Shown: in pieces, positions 48,261-59,825 of the stretch
How the letters are laid out: each line of letters starts with the position of its first letter
How positions within the stretch are numbered: the stretch's first letter is position 1
Source of the DNA: Malacoraja senta
Lineage: Eukaryota
Length of the DNA stretch: 64,000 nucleotides
Direction of reading: 5' to 3'
Assembly (NCBI GenBank): GCA_038087875.1
Contig: CM075994.1
Span: forward strand, 10,852,001 to 10,916,000
The notes under the pieces: generated by a model
Seen by the model: only the letters and a program-made list of their open reading frames with translations
Database searches by the model: none
Told to the model about the DNA's origin: nothing
Translations under genes and position numbers: made by a program

Positions 48261-49109
48261 TCAGTCGTCTGTGGGTCCCGGTCTGCGTCGACGGTAAGAT
48301 GAGATGAAATCCTGAGCATCCTCGGGAGATGTTAGTAGTCGCCTCTTTCCCTCCCCGGACATGATGAACAGCTTGGCTGGATAATGAAGGGAGGGTTTGA
48401 GACCCACGTTGTACAGCTCCTTCATAACGTCTCGGTACGCGACGCGTTGTTCAACTATCTCGGGACAGTAGTCTTCGAAAATGTGGATCGGGGTATCCTT
48501 GTACTTCAGCTTACCCCTCTGCCTCCGAGCCTCACGCACCACCAACTCGCGGGTCTGGTATCTATGGAAGCAGATCACAACTGCTCTGGGTTTCTCACCA
48601 GGGCTTGGCTTGGCTGTTAGCGTACGGTGGGCTCGGTCTAGCTCCGGGGCTGATTCCAGTGTGTTTTCGCCAAGAGTCTCGAGCAAAAGTTGAGAGAAAA
48701 ACGCTGTTGTTTGGGGGCCCTCGATATTCTCGGGAAGACCGACTATCCTTATGTTATTTCGGCGACTCCTGCCTTCCAGGCCGATAAGCTTAGACTTTAG
48801 CTTGGCGTTCTCTTCGGTCACCGTAGTTAGCATTGTCGTTATAGCTCGTATGTCTTGGCTAGTGGTATCGGCAAAAGACTCTAATGACGAAAGACGGTGT
48901 TGGTGATCTAAGATAGTGGTCTGGATATTGTCCAGCTTCGTTTCCAGTTTGGTGAACGCTGCGTTAAATTCTGCCAGTAACGATACCTTATGTTCTGTTA
49001 ACATGGCTGCTAGCGTGGCCATGCCGGTGCTGGTCGTCGGGTCTTCTGTCTTTTGCTCCGCTTTCTTTCCTTTGTTTGGCATCTTTACAGCGTAGAGAGG
49101 TACTGTCAA
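48261..49109 (-). CDS. L1 ORF1p (coiled coil, RRM, CTD; transposase_22-like)
   Basis: LEGRSRRNNIRIVGLPE, ELDRAHR, IFEDY, LHYPAKL; uninterrupted. Confidence 0.9.
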   Translation of the reverse strand: MTVPLYAVKMPNKGKKAEQKTEDPTTSTGMATLAAMLTEHKVSLLAEFNAAFTKLETKLDNIQTTILDHQHRLSSLESFADTTSQDIRAITTMLTTVTEENAKLKSKLIGLEGRSRRNNIRIVGLPENIEGPQTTAFFSQLLLETLGENTLESAPELDRAHRTLTAKPSPGEKPRAVVICFHRYQTRELVVREARRQRGKLKYKDTPIHIFEDYCPEIVEQRVAYRDVMKELYNVGLKPSLHYPAKLFIMSGEGKRRLLTSPEDAQDFISSYRRRRPGPTDD

Positions 49110-49240
49110 TGCTGTTTAAATGTTTATGGGTGGATAGAAAACTTAGGCTGAGCTATAATAAAAGTTGGAGGTGAAAAGGTCAGGAGCGTGGAAAAGTGCG
49201 ACTACTCCAACATGTCGCCCCCAGCGGATCCTGTTGCCCC

Positions 49241-49509
49241 CCGACAAAAGGCATTCGTTTTGCTGAAAGCACTTTAAAAAAGCCAATTAGGGCAAAACCA
49301 TTCAGCAAGCCGACAAAATACGTTCGTTTTGCTGAAAGCACTTAAAAAAAAAAAGCAGATTAGGGCAAAACCACTCAGGGATCTGACAAAAGACATTCGT
49401 TTTGCTGAAAGCACTTAAAAAAAGCCAATTAGGGCAAAACCACTCAGCAAGCCGAGAAAAGACATTCGTTTTGCTGAAAGCACTTAAAAAAAAGCCAATT
49501 AGGGCAAAA
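49241..49509. repeat. ~70-bp tandem repeat, ~4 copies
   Basis: CCGACAAAAG.CATTCGTTTTGCTGAAAGCACTT(A)nGCCAATTAGGGCAAAACCA.TCAG units at ~49241, 49310, 49383 and 49452. Confidence 0.9.
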
Positions 49510-51830
49510 GGCAAGGCAAGGCAAGGCAAGTTTATTTGTATAGCACCTTTCAACCACAAGGTAATTCAAAGTGCTTTACATAAAACATTTAAAGGATTTG
49601 AAAGAAACACATATAAAATGACATTTAAATATAAAATGATTATTAGATTATTCAGATAAAATAATTACAAAATTAAAAGCAATCAAATAAAATATTTAAA
49701 ATAGAATAAAACCAGGAATAGAAGTTACAGTGCAGTATAGGTAATTAATAAATTGTATTGTTTACTGAAAGGCAGCGGCAAACAGAAAAGTCTTCAGTCT
49801 AGATTTAAAAGAGCTGAGAGTTGCAGCAGACCTGCAGTTTTCTGGGAGTTTGTTCCAGATATGTGGTGCATAAAAACTAAATGCTGCCTCTCCATGTTTA
49901 GTTCTGACTCTGGGGACACAGAGCAGACCTGTCACAGACGATCTGAGAGGTCTGGGTGATTCGTAGCTAAGCAGAAGATCAGAAATGTATTTTGCCCCTA
50001 AACCATTCAGTGCTTTGTAAACCAACAGTAGTATTTTAAAATCAATTCTTTGACAGACAGGAAGCCAGTGTAAAGACCTCAGAACTGGAGTAATGTGATC
50101 TACTTTTTTGGTCTTATTGAGGACTTGAGCAGCAGCGTTCTGAATTAACTGCAGCTGTCTGATCGACTTTTTAGGGAGACCTGTAAAGACACTGCTACAG
50201 TAGTCGAGCCTGCTGAAGATAAATGCATGGACAAGTTTTTCCAAATCCTGCTGAGACATAAGTCCTTTAATCCTCGATATATTCTTTAGGTGATAGTAGG
50301 CTGACTTTGTGACTGTTTTTATGTGGCTGTTGAAGTTCAGGTCTGAGTCCATGACTACTCCTAAGTTTCTGGCTTGGTTTGTTGATTTTAGCATTACCAT
50401 TTGAAGCTGGGTGCTAACTTTTAATCGTTCTTCCTTGGCTCCAAAAACAATTATTTCAGTTTTGTCTTTGTTTAATTGGAGAAAATTCTGGTTCATCCAA
50501 TCATTGATTTGCTCAATGCATCTACTCAGTGCTCCTGGTGATATTGTTATGTAGATTTGTGTGTCGTCTGCGTAACTATGGTAACATATTTTGATGTTTT
50601 ACATGATCTGAGCCAGTGGAAGCATGTAGATGTTAAACAGAAGAGGCCCCAGAATGGAGCCCTGGGGAACTCCACATGTAATTTTTGCACGCTCAGATGT
50701 GTAATTACCTATAGACACAAAGTAGTCCCTGTCCTTCAAGTAGGATTCAAACCATTTTAATGCTGTGCCCGAAAGTCCCACCCAGTTTTCCAGACGGTCT
50801 AGTAATATGTTGTGCTCGACTATGTCGAATGCAGCACTGAGATCTAGTAATACTAAGACTGAAATTTTGCCATTGTCTGTGTTTAAGTGAATGTCATTGA
50901 AGACCTTAGCAAGAGCCGTCTCGGTGCTGTGGTGTGGTCTAAATCCTGACTGGAAGACATCAAAACAGCTGTTCATTAACATGAAATTGTTCAGCTGTTT
51001 AAAAACAGCTTTTTCAATGATTTTACTGAGAAATGGGAGGTTTGATATTGGTCTGTAATTGTTCAGTAGTGAAGTGTCTAAGTTCTTCTTTTTTAAGAGA
51101 GGCTTGATAACAGCAGTTTTCAGGGCCTGTGGGAAGACACCTGAGAGAAGGGACGTGTTTACAATCTGTAGAAGGTCTGAGGTCATGCAGTTTGATACAA
51201 CTTTGAAAAGGCCTGTTGGTAGAATACCGAGGCAGCAGGAGGAGGATTTCAAATGTTGTATAATGTCCTCCAAGGTTTTATGGTTAATAACATAAAATTG
51301 TGTCATGGTATTTGAATTGATTATAAGTGGACACATGGACAACACATGTCCTGCACCTGATGTGGAGGCACTGACTGCTTGCCTACTTTTCTGAATTTTG
51401 TCGGTGAAGAAGGAGGCAAATTCATTACAGGCCCTTGTGGAAAGCATTTCAGGGGCTACTGACACAGGAGGGTTTGTTAGCCTGTCGACAGTAGTAAACA
51501 AGGCCCGTGCATTATTATTGTTTTTGGCAATGATGTCAGAGAAGAAGGATTGCCTTGCATTTCTCAGTTCCAAGTTGCAGATGCGAAGTCTTTCTTTATA
51601 GATGTAAAAGTGAACCTGGAGATTTGTTTTCCGCCACCTACGTGCAGCTTTCCGACACTCTCTTTTTTCAATTTTTACCAATGTAGCGTTTCTCCATGGA
51701 GACTTCTTTTTGCCAGGGACCACTTTCACCTTAGTGGGTGCAATGGCATCAATAATATTTGTAATTTTCACATTGAAATTATCGACAAGCTCATTTACTG
51801 TACGCTGACTCAGCACCACCGGTGATTCAA
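49509..51830 (-). mobile_element. 5'-truncated L2 family B, RT with a stop and deletion near YADD
   Basis: ORF pieces 50599-51840 and 49762-50496 with [37 protein letters not shown]; (CCTTG)n tail. Confidence 0.92.
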
Positions 51831-51841
51831 CAGACCACAAT

Positions 51842-52325
51842 TTCTTTAACCAAAAATAATGTAATTATTTACAATAATATGTACAGTACAAAATAAATCA
51901 AATCAAAACCCACCACCATAATACAGGTCAAAGAAATATACTGAATAAACTACTATACAACTATCACCATCCTTATTGAGGGTGCATTCCTCGTCCCGCG
52001 GTGCTCAGTGGTCCTGGAAATCCCACAGGGTGCCCGTGGACAACGGGTAGTCCCTTTCTAAAACCAACCGGGCATGGACTTGATGCCGGAAAAGGGGCAG
52101 CTAGCCGGCTCGGGTAGAGCCCTCTTCCGCCTGGTGCTGGGCCTTGTTGATGGCCAGCTTGGCCAGGCCTATGAGCAACCCAACTAGGACATCTTCGGCC
52201 CGACGCACAGGGTGTCCAAAGATGAGGATGGTGGGTGTGAAGTGCAGCCAGAAGGAAAGGAGCAGCCCCTTTCGGTATTGGAACAGGGGCAGCAACCTTA
52301 CACACTCCGTGTAAACAGACCACAG
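51842..52325 (-). mobile_element. Tx1/L1-clade 3' fragment
   Basis: ECVRLLPLFQY..FWLHFTPTILIFGH..LLIGLAKLAI; A-rich 3' end. Confidence 0.7.
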
Positions 52326-52384
52326 TCGGCATTTTAAAGATTGCATTGGAGCTAAGTGCTTGATTGGTGTAATGAGCAGGGCTG

Positions 52385-52700
52385 GGGTGTCCGCATGCAG
52401 GCTTGAGGAACATCTGTGTTGATGGTCAACAAGGAGGTGATGCCGTTACTGATGTGTACTGATAAAGGTCTGCCAATGAGGATGTCAAGGATCCAGTTTC
52501 TAAGGGAGGTACAGAGGCCCGTCTTGGAGCTTGCTGACGAGTCTGGAGGGGAGGATAGTGTTGAACACAGCTGGTCAATGAATGGTAACCTGACGTATGT
52601 GTTCTTGCTACCCAGATGGTTCAGCGCAGAGTGGAGAGCCAGTGAGGTCGCATCTGCTGCTGACCTGATCTGGCATTAGACACATTTAATTTGATCCAGG
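52385..52700 (-). mobile_element. Old Rex1/Babar RT fragment
   Basis: Minus strand resembles KNTYVRL..DYSSAFNTI..LCNWIL. Confidence 0.55.
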
Positions 52701-52715
52701 AGGCTGGATTTCATT

Positions 52716-52790
52716 CAGGGCCGGATTTACGTATAAGCCAGACAAGCTTAAGCTTAGGGCCTCGAGATCTAAGGGGGTCTCGACCCGCTC
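52716..52790. mobile_element. hAT-like terminal fragment
   Basis: CAGGGCCGGATTTAC..AAGCTTAAGCTTAGGGCCTC terminus; I did not find the partner end. Confidence 0.4.
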
Positions 52791-52934
52791 TACCAAGGTG
52801 TATAAAACTTTTGACATAGTGGCGTTGTTACAAACCCTACCATCGGTGGCGCTGTGCTTGCGATTCCGGAGGCTTTGGTGCTGTTGGGGGGGGGGGAGGG
52901 GGCGAGGGATTAAAATGCAAGTGAGGTTTATATT

Positions 52935-53545
52935 CGTTGTGGAGAGGACCTCCTACTCTTTGCCCGCTGACCCTCGTCACACCACCGCCCTCCAGCAGCC
53001 TGCAGCCGTCGCCTTACCTGCAGCCTGGACTCAGCACCGGGCCTGAAGTTTCCACGCTGCGGACTCCAACTCCACTGGGTTTGACAGCGCTGGGTCCTAG
53101 TGCTAGTCCCCCTAACCCTGGTGACATCAGTGGGTGTTCCACTGGGTCTTCCCCATTCCCCTCAAACCATGTGACCCCAGCTCTTCCCCTCCCACACTAC
53201 AGTCCTCATACCCCCCTACCCCCTGTCCACCCACCATCCCCCCACCAGACATTGCCTCGGCCTCAGTCCACTTACCTGCCTTCCTCCGGCCCCAACCCCC
53301 ATCCCTGCCGAATGTTCACCATCCCCCCTGACCTCCCCCTCTCAGATACCGAACGGTCTGTCCTCAGCAGAGGCCTCACCTTTGTCCCCCTCCGTCCCCA
53401 CCTCAATGAGTTCCGCGTCTGCCGCGATTTGGAGCTCTTCTTCCGTCGCCTCTGCCTCACACCGTTCTTCCATGCGAAGGAGTCCTCGCCCCCATTGATG
53501 ATCCCTTTTCCCGTCTCCAACGGACCCCCTCCTCTTGGACCCCCT
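52935..53545 (+). mobile_element. Penelope-like element N-terminal fragment
   Basis: PCRMFTIPPDLPLSDTERSVLSRGLTFVP..DLELFFRRL, the LS.GL.F motif that precedes Penelope RT. Confidence 0.75.
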
Positions 53546-53954
53546 TCATGGCCATTGGTACAATGAAATTTGGGAGTCAACATCCGACGTCGGAACAGGA
53601 GAACATTCTCAGAGGCTTAGACTTCCGAATCGGCCACTTCCTATCGGAGCTCGTGGCTCCCGAAGTCCACAGGCTGAGCTGGGCGGAGATTCACGCTGGC
53701 GGCCCTCGGCAAAAGGACCCCAGGGCCCCGCGATATTGAAATCAGCGCGGCCCGAGGCTGGGAGCTCCGTTAACCACAGCTCCATGATGTTGAAGCAGCA
53801 GGCCCAGCACTCCAGAGCTTCAAATGGGGATCCAGGTAAGGCATCGCCCGCTCTGCGATGAATCCAATATGTATTTTAAAACCAACTGTTTAATGACAAC
53901 ATACAGTAGGATCTAAAAGTGTCACACTGTCACTGTCGGGTAATTATGGTCCTC

Positions 53955-55815
53955 AGATGGAGTCACAGATGGAGCAGCAGGACACCAGACGCCTGTGGCA
54001 GGGGCTACGGACTGTAACCAACTACCAGAGCAGCCCCCCCTCAACCGGAAGTGCTGGCACCTCCCTAGCTGATGACCTGAACTCCTTCTACGCTCGTTTC
54101 GAGTCGGGCAACATCACCCCAGGTTTGCCGGCTAACGAAAACACTGCCAGCGTGCTGGCTAACAAAGCTGAAGGGAGGTCCATCGCTGAGAATGGGTACA
54201 CATTCTCGTTGTCCGAGCACGACGTGAGGAGGGCCCTGACACGAGTGAACACGAGGAAAGCTGTAGGCCCAGATGGCATCTCGGGGCCAGTGCTTAAGTC
54301 TTGTGCTACGCAGCTAGCTCCGGTGCTCACTACAATATTCAACCTCTCCCTGGCCAAGTCCGTGGTCCCTGCCTGCTTCAAAAGATCCATCATTGTACCT
54401 GTACCAAAAAATGCCTCCCCAGCTTGTCAGAATGACTGCTGTCCGGTGGCCCTCACTTCGGTAGTCATGAAATGCTTTGAGAGGCTGGTTAAGAAACACA
54501 TCTGCGCCTTCCTCCCTCGCAACATGGACCCGCTACAATTCGCATACCGTCCAAACAGATCCACGGACGATGCGGTCTCCCAGGTTCTGCACACCGCTCT
54601 TTCACCTTGACAGCCAGAAGGGGGGCTATGTGAGGATGCTGTTCATAGACTTCAGTTCAGCCTTCAACACGATAGTCCCCATCAAACTTGCTGAGAAGCT
54701 GCTGGAATTGGGGTTCAACACCCCCCCTGTGTGCCTGGGTCCTGGACTTTCTCACCGCCAGGCCCCAGGTAGTCAAGATGGGAGGAAATACATTGAAGTC
54801 CCTCACCCTTACCATAGGATCCCCCCAGGGTTGCGTCCTCAGCCCCCTACTGTACTCCCTGTACACACATGACTGTGTGGCTAGGTTCAGCTCCAACTTT
54901 ATAATCAAGTTTGCTGATGACACTGTGGTGGTGGGCCTGATCTCCGATAACGATGAGAAGGCCTACTGGGAGGAGGTGACTGATCTGGCACTCTGGTGTC
55001 TGGACAACAGCCTTCTCTTGAATGTCAAAAAAACGAAGGAGCTGATCGTGGACTTTAGGACGAGGACGTACACACCATTGAAGATAAATGCGGATACTGT
55101 GGCTAGGGTGAGCTGCTTTAAATACCTGGGAGCACATCTCAGAGGATCTGACATGGACATCACACGCTGCCGCAGTGGTGAGTAAGGCAAGGCAGCGCCT
55201 TTACCGCCTTTACCACCTCAGGCAATTGAGGAAATTCAGAGTGTCTCTGAGGATCATCCAGTGCTTCTACTCAGCGGCTGTGGAAAGCATCTTGTCCGGA
55301 AACATCACAATTTGGTTTGGGAACTGCTCTGCCCAGGACAAGAAGGCTCTGCAGAGAGTAGTGCGTTCGGCCGAACGCACTATGGGAACTTCACTCTCCC
55401 CCCCTGCAGGAACTATACATCAGAAATTGCAAATCCAGGGCCAACAAGATCATGGGGGACCCCTTCCACCCCAGCAACAGACTGTTCCAGCTGCTACGGT
55501 CAGGCAAACGCCTCCATTGTCATGCTGTGAAAACGGAGATGATGAGAAGGAGCTTCTTCCCACAGGCCATCAGGACTGTAAACTCCTATCTCACCAGGGA
55601 CTAACTTACTGTACCAATTTACTGTTGTGTGGTGTCTTTTTAAATTTGCTGTTTTTTCCCTTTTATCCTCCCACAAATATGTAATATGTGAATATGTGAT
55701 TCTGTTCCATTCTGTTTTGTGGTTTCTTTTTGCACAATCCGCAAGCATTGCCACTTTTCATTTCACTGCACATCTCGTATGTGTATGTGACGAATAAACT
55801 TGACTTGACTTGACT
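53955..55815 (+). mobile_element. Rex1/Babar LINE, 5'-truncated and frameshifted
   Basis: [62 protein letters not shown] followed by a (CTTGA)n tail. Confidence 0.92.
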
Positions 55816-55879
55816 AGTCGTGGGGGTGGGGGATTGGGAGGGGGGGGGGGGGCTCACAAGTGAAATAGCTTAGAGCCTC

Positions 55880-56580
55880 TCTTCATCTAAATCCAGCCCT
55901 GAGTTCATTCACCCCATAATCAACCTCTCACCCACTTCATTACAGTGGAAGCAGTTATTGAGGAAGGTCATCGCAGTTGTCTTGGACTCCAGTACAATAG
56001 ATGCCTTTTGAAGCATGTGACAACCTCAGACCAGATATCCAAGAGGTTGAAAATGTCCTTGAATGCTCTAGCCAGTCGGCCAACACAGATCTTCGTACTA
56101 AACCTGGTAAGCCGTCTGAGCTGGACGGCGTTCGTGGATTCAACCTCTTGGAAGATGCTCTAACATCAGCTTCAGAGGCAGAGATCATAAGACCTTCAGG
56201 GACTGTGTGTGCCCGAGATGGTGTGTAATTGTTCTCCCTTTCATAAAGAGATGCATCATTGCCACTTATGCAAGCCCTGCTACAGCTGTCTAGCTTGCAT
56301 CTGTGACTCCAACTTAGTTCAAAATTGCCACGTAGTGTTCAGGAAGTCGAACCTGGACATCTTGTGTGATACTGGATTGCCAGTCTTAAATGACACAAAA
56401 AAGCTCAGCAGAATATACGTCCCCTGGATCATCCATGACTTCTGATTGGGAAATTTGCTGGAAGTTTTTGTAGGTACAGATTCATCCAAACATTTTTTTA
56501 TGAAGTCAGTCACAGCTGACAGGTTCGTTGGCACATCCTTGACCAAAGTCCTGACCGTCGACTATAGTGCCCTCCATAAT
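55880..56580 (-). mobile_element. Old Rex1/Babar fragment
   Basis: VTDFIKKC..FPNQKSW and LNPRTPSSSDG motifs. Confidence 0.6.
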
Positions 56581-56634
56581 GTTTGGGACAAAGACCGATC
56601 ATTTATTTATTTGCCTCTGCTCCACAATTTGAGA

Positions 56635-57185
56635 TTTAAAAAAAAAAGATTTTATTTATTAGAAGTAATGTACATTACAGTGATACAAGCCAAAAATAAC
56701 ATAATACATTTCCTGTACCACTTCTTGTTTTAAACTTTAAAAAGAAGAAGAATAGAGAGTTAGATAAGATAGTAAGTGCGTGAAAGAGTGATCAGGAGAA
56801 ACCCGTAGAAACGTAAAACACGAGAATGAGTTAAAAAGTAAACCAAAGAAAAAGAAAGAGAGAAATAGAAAACAGAAGATATAAGAAAGTAAAATAAGAT
56901 AAAAGGGATGTACCTACTTCGTATCTTTACACACCCCTCACCAGGTCCTGAAACCATTTATTTTCAAAGTTATGTTGCACCCTATGCTTGTAATAATTCG
57001 ATAAACGGAGACCAAATCTTTTGGAAATGGTCTGATTTGCCTGCTAGGAGGAATCTCATGTCTTCGAGGTGTAACATTTTGGACATATTTGAAATCCACA
57101 TTTTTATCGTTGGTGTGGGAGCGTTTTTCCAGAATTTAAGTATGTTTTTTTGCCATTATTAAGCCGTAATTAAGGAAGCTCTTTT
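56635..57185 (-). mobile_element. L1 3' fragment
   Basis: Minus strand AKK.ILKFWK..W..LHLE..FQKIWSPF* followed by AATAAATAAAATC. Confidence 0.75.
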
Positions 57186-57636
57186 GAGATCCTTAATAGA
57201 AAAAAATCACGTGGTTAAAAGTGCACATTGTCAGATTTTAATAACGGCCATTTTTAAACATTTTAGTTTCACCATGTAGAAATTGCAGCAGTGTTTATAC
57301 ATAGTCCCCCCCCCCCCCCATTTCAGGGCAGCATAATGTTTAGATCACAGCAATGTCATGTAAACAGGCATGAGGCAGGAAAATACTAAAAAAAGAGGAA
57401 GAGAGATGGGGGTCCAGGGGGATTTGCCTCCTGGTAGGGTTCCAAGGGGCAAAGCCCCTGGCGTGGGTAAAAGGGGGCATCACCCCCTTTATGCAGAACA
57501 TTTTTGATAATTGTACCTTAAAATAACTCCAACTCCTTGCTTGTTTACACTCGTCATATTGAAAATATTTTATATTACACCTACACCTACTTGCAACATG
57601 ATACCTGTACCGTGCTTGATTACTAAATCTATCGAA

Positions 57637-58680
57637 CATCACCAATGCGTCCATGATTTCTAGAGCCACTCCCTTAAATACCCTGGGATGCAGACCATCA
57701 GGCCCTGGGGATTTATCAGCCTTCAGTCCCATCAGTCGACCCAACACCATTTCCTGCCTAATGTGGATTTCCTTCAGTTCCTCCGTCACCCCACATCCTC
57801 TGGCCACTAGTACACCAGGAAGATTGTTTATGTCATCCTTAGTGAAGACGGTTTAAAAGTACCTGTTCAAATCATCTGCCATTTCCTTGTTCCCCATAAT
57901 AAATTCACCTTTTTCCAGTCTTTAAGGGTCTAACTTTAGTCTGAACTAATTTTTTCTTCTTCACATACTAAAGAAGCTTTTACTATTCTCCTTTATATTA
58001 TTGGCTTGCTTGCCTTCGTACCTCATCTTTTCTCCCCGTATTGCCTTTTTAGTTATCTTCTGTTGCTCTTTAAACGTTACCCAATCCTCTGGCTTCCCGC
58101 TCATCTTTGCTATGTTGTACTTCTCTTTTATTTTTCTACTGGCCCTGACGTCCCTTGTCAGCAGCAGTCGCACCTTACTCCCCTTGGAATCTTTCTTCCT
58201 CTTTGGAATGAACTGATCCTGCACCTTCTGTATTATTCCCAGAAATACCTGCCATTGTTGTTCCACTGTCATCCCTGCTAGGGTATCTCTCCATGCAACT
58301 TTGACCAGCTTCTGCCTCATGGCTCCATAATCCCCTTTGTTCAACTATAACACTGACACCTCCGATTTACCCTTCTCCCTCTCAAATTGTAGATAAAAAC
58401 ACCATATTATGGTCACCACCTCCAAATGGCTCCTTAACCTCAAGTTCCCTTATCAAATCCAGTTCATTACACAACACTAAATCCAGAATTGCCTTCACCC
58501 TGGTAGGCTCCAGTACAAGCTGTTCTAAGAATCCATCACGGAGGGTCCAGTACCAACCTGATTTTCCAAGTCTACCTGCATGTTGAAATCTCCCATAACA
58601 ACTGTAACATTACCTTCAGGACATGCCAATTTTAACTTGATTCAACTTGCACCCCATATCCAGGCTACTGTTTTGGGGCC
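57637..58680 (-). mobile_element. CR1 fragment (endonuclease to RT linker)
   Basis: MGDFN, GDHNMV, KGDYGAMR and KSPGPDGLHPRV on the minus strand. Confidence 0.85.
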
Positions 58681-59825
58681 TGCAAGACCAATGCAAATGC
58701 TGCAGGATGGACGAGACAGGGTCACATCTCATCGACCAGCAGGGGATCGTGTCCCCGAGAAATAATGCAAACAATGCAAACAAATAAAACGCAACAAAGA
58801 AATAAGAATAAACTAATAGCTAAATCCAGCGAGGCCATTATATTGTAAAAAGTGAAAAGAGAAAAAACAACTACAGTGAGCAAACAAGTCCAAAGTGGCA
58901 GGAAACTAAAAGTTCAAATTGTCCAATGTCTGATGAGAAGCTGTGCTGGAAGCTGGAAAACTGGAGGTTGCAGTGACATCATCCGACCTGAAGTGGCACT
59001 GTTGGTGGCGGTCAGGCTGCAGAGACAACATCCGACCTGAGGTGGTGGTGTTGACGGCTGTCAGATTGCAGAGGTGGCACCTGGCAGGAAGGTGGCGTTG
59101 TTTACGGCGGTCAGCAGATCGAGCGTCGCTTCCAGCCTACCACAGCGCCCATTTTGGCAGTCGTCTGCGGTGGCCATTTTGGGGGGGGGGCTGATAAATC
59201 CGCAGCTCCTGGCGCAGCTGGTGAGGGAGCGGCAGCATCCGCGGCCTCTCAGCCCCGGTGGTCGGCTCCGGGCGGATCATGCGGGAGAGTTTGGCGGCCG
59301 TCAAACAAGGCTTAGATTGTGCCCATCGACCCGGGCGGCCTGCGGCTGCTGAGACAAGTCACAGGAGTGCGTTGAGGCGGTCGTTGGCAGCATACATTAC
59401 GGTAGGGTTGGCGTCAGCGTCGTTCTGCTGGGCTGGGCTGGGCTATTGCAGACATCAAGTCACTACAGTAGAGGTGGGTGGTTGGCTTCGTACGTCGGGA
59501 GAAATCCAAAATCCCAATTTGGATCGTCGCGGGTCACCAATGTGGCGAGTCCAAACTTCGTGGTCATCGGGTTACTTTATTCCGGGAGATAAGTTTGACA
59601 AACATTTTTTTTGTTTTTTTGTTTTTTGTTTATTAGAAGTAAGCACGTTACATTTTGATGGTACCTTTTTACAGGTTCCCAGAATTATTAAAACATTCTA
59701 TGTACAACTTCCTTTTTTTTTAGAAAGAAAGAAATGAGAAAGAAAGAAGTAGTGAAGAGTAAAGAAAAGTCTAGTGAGTGTGAAGTAAATAAAAGAAATA
59801 AGTAAGAAAGTGAAGCAGAAAGGAG

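Larger units (their letters stand above)
36010..49230 (-). mobile_element. Full-length L1 element (ORF1, long spacer, ORF2) interrupted by a nested L2 and DIRS
   Basis: ORF1 at 48261-49109, ORF2 at 40145-36500 (frameshifted), AATAAA and A-rich 3' end at ~36010-36030. Confidence 0.9.
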
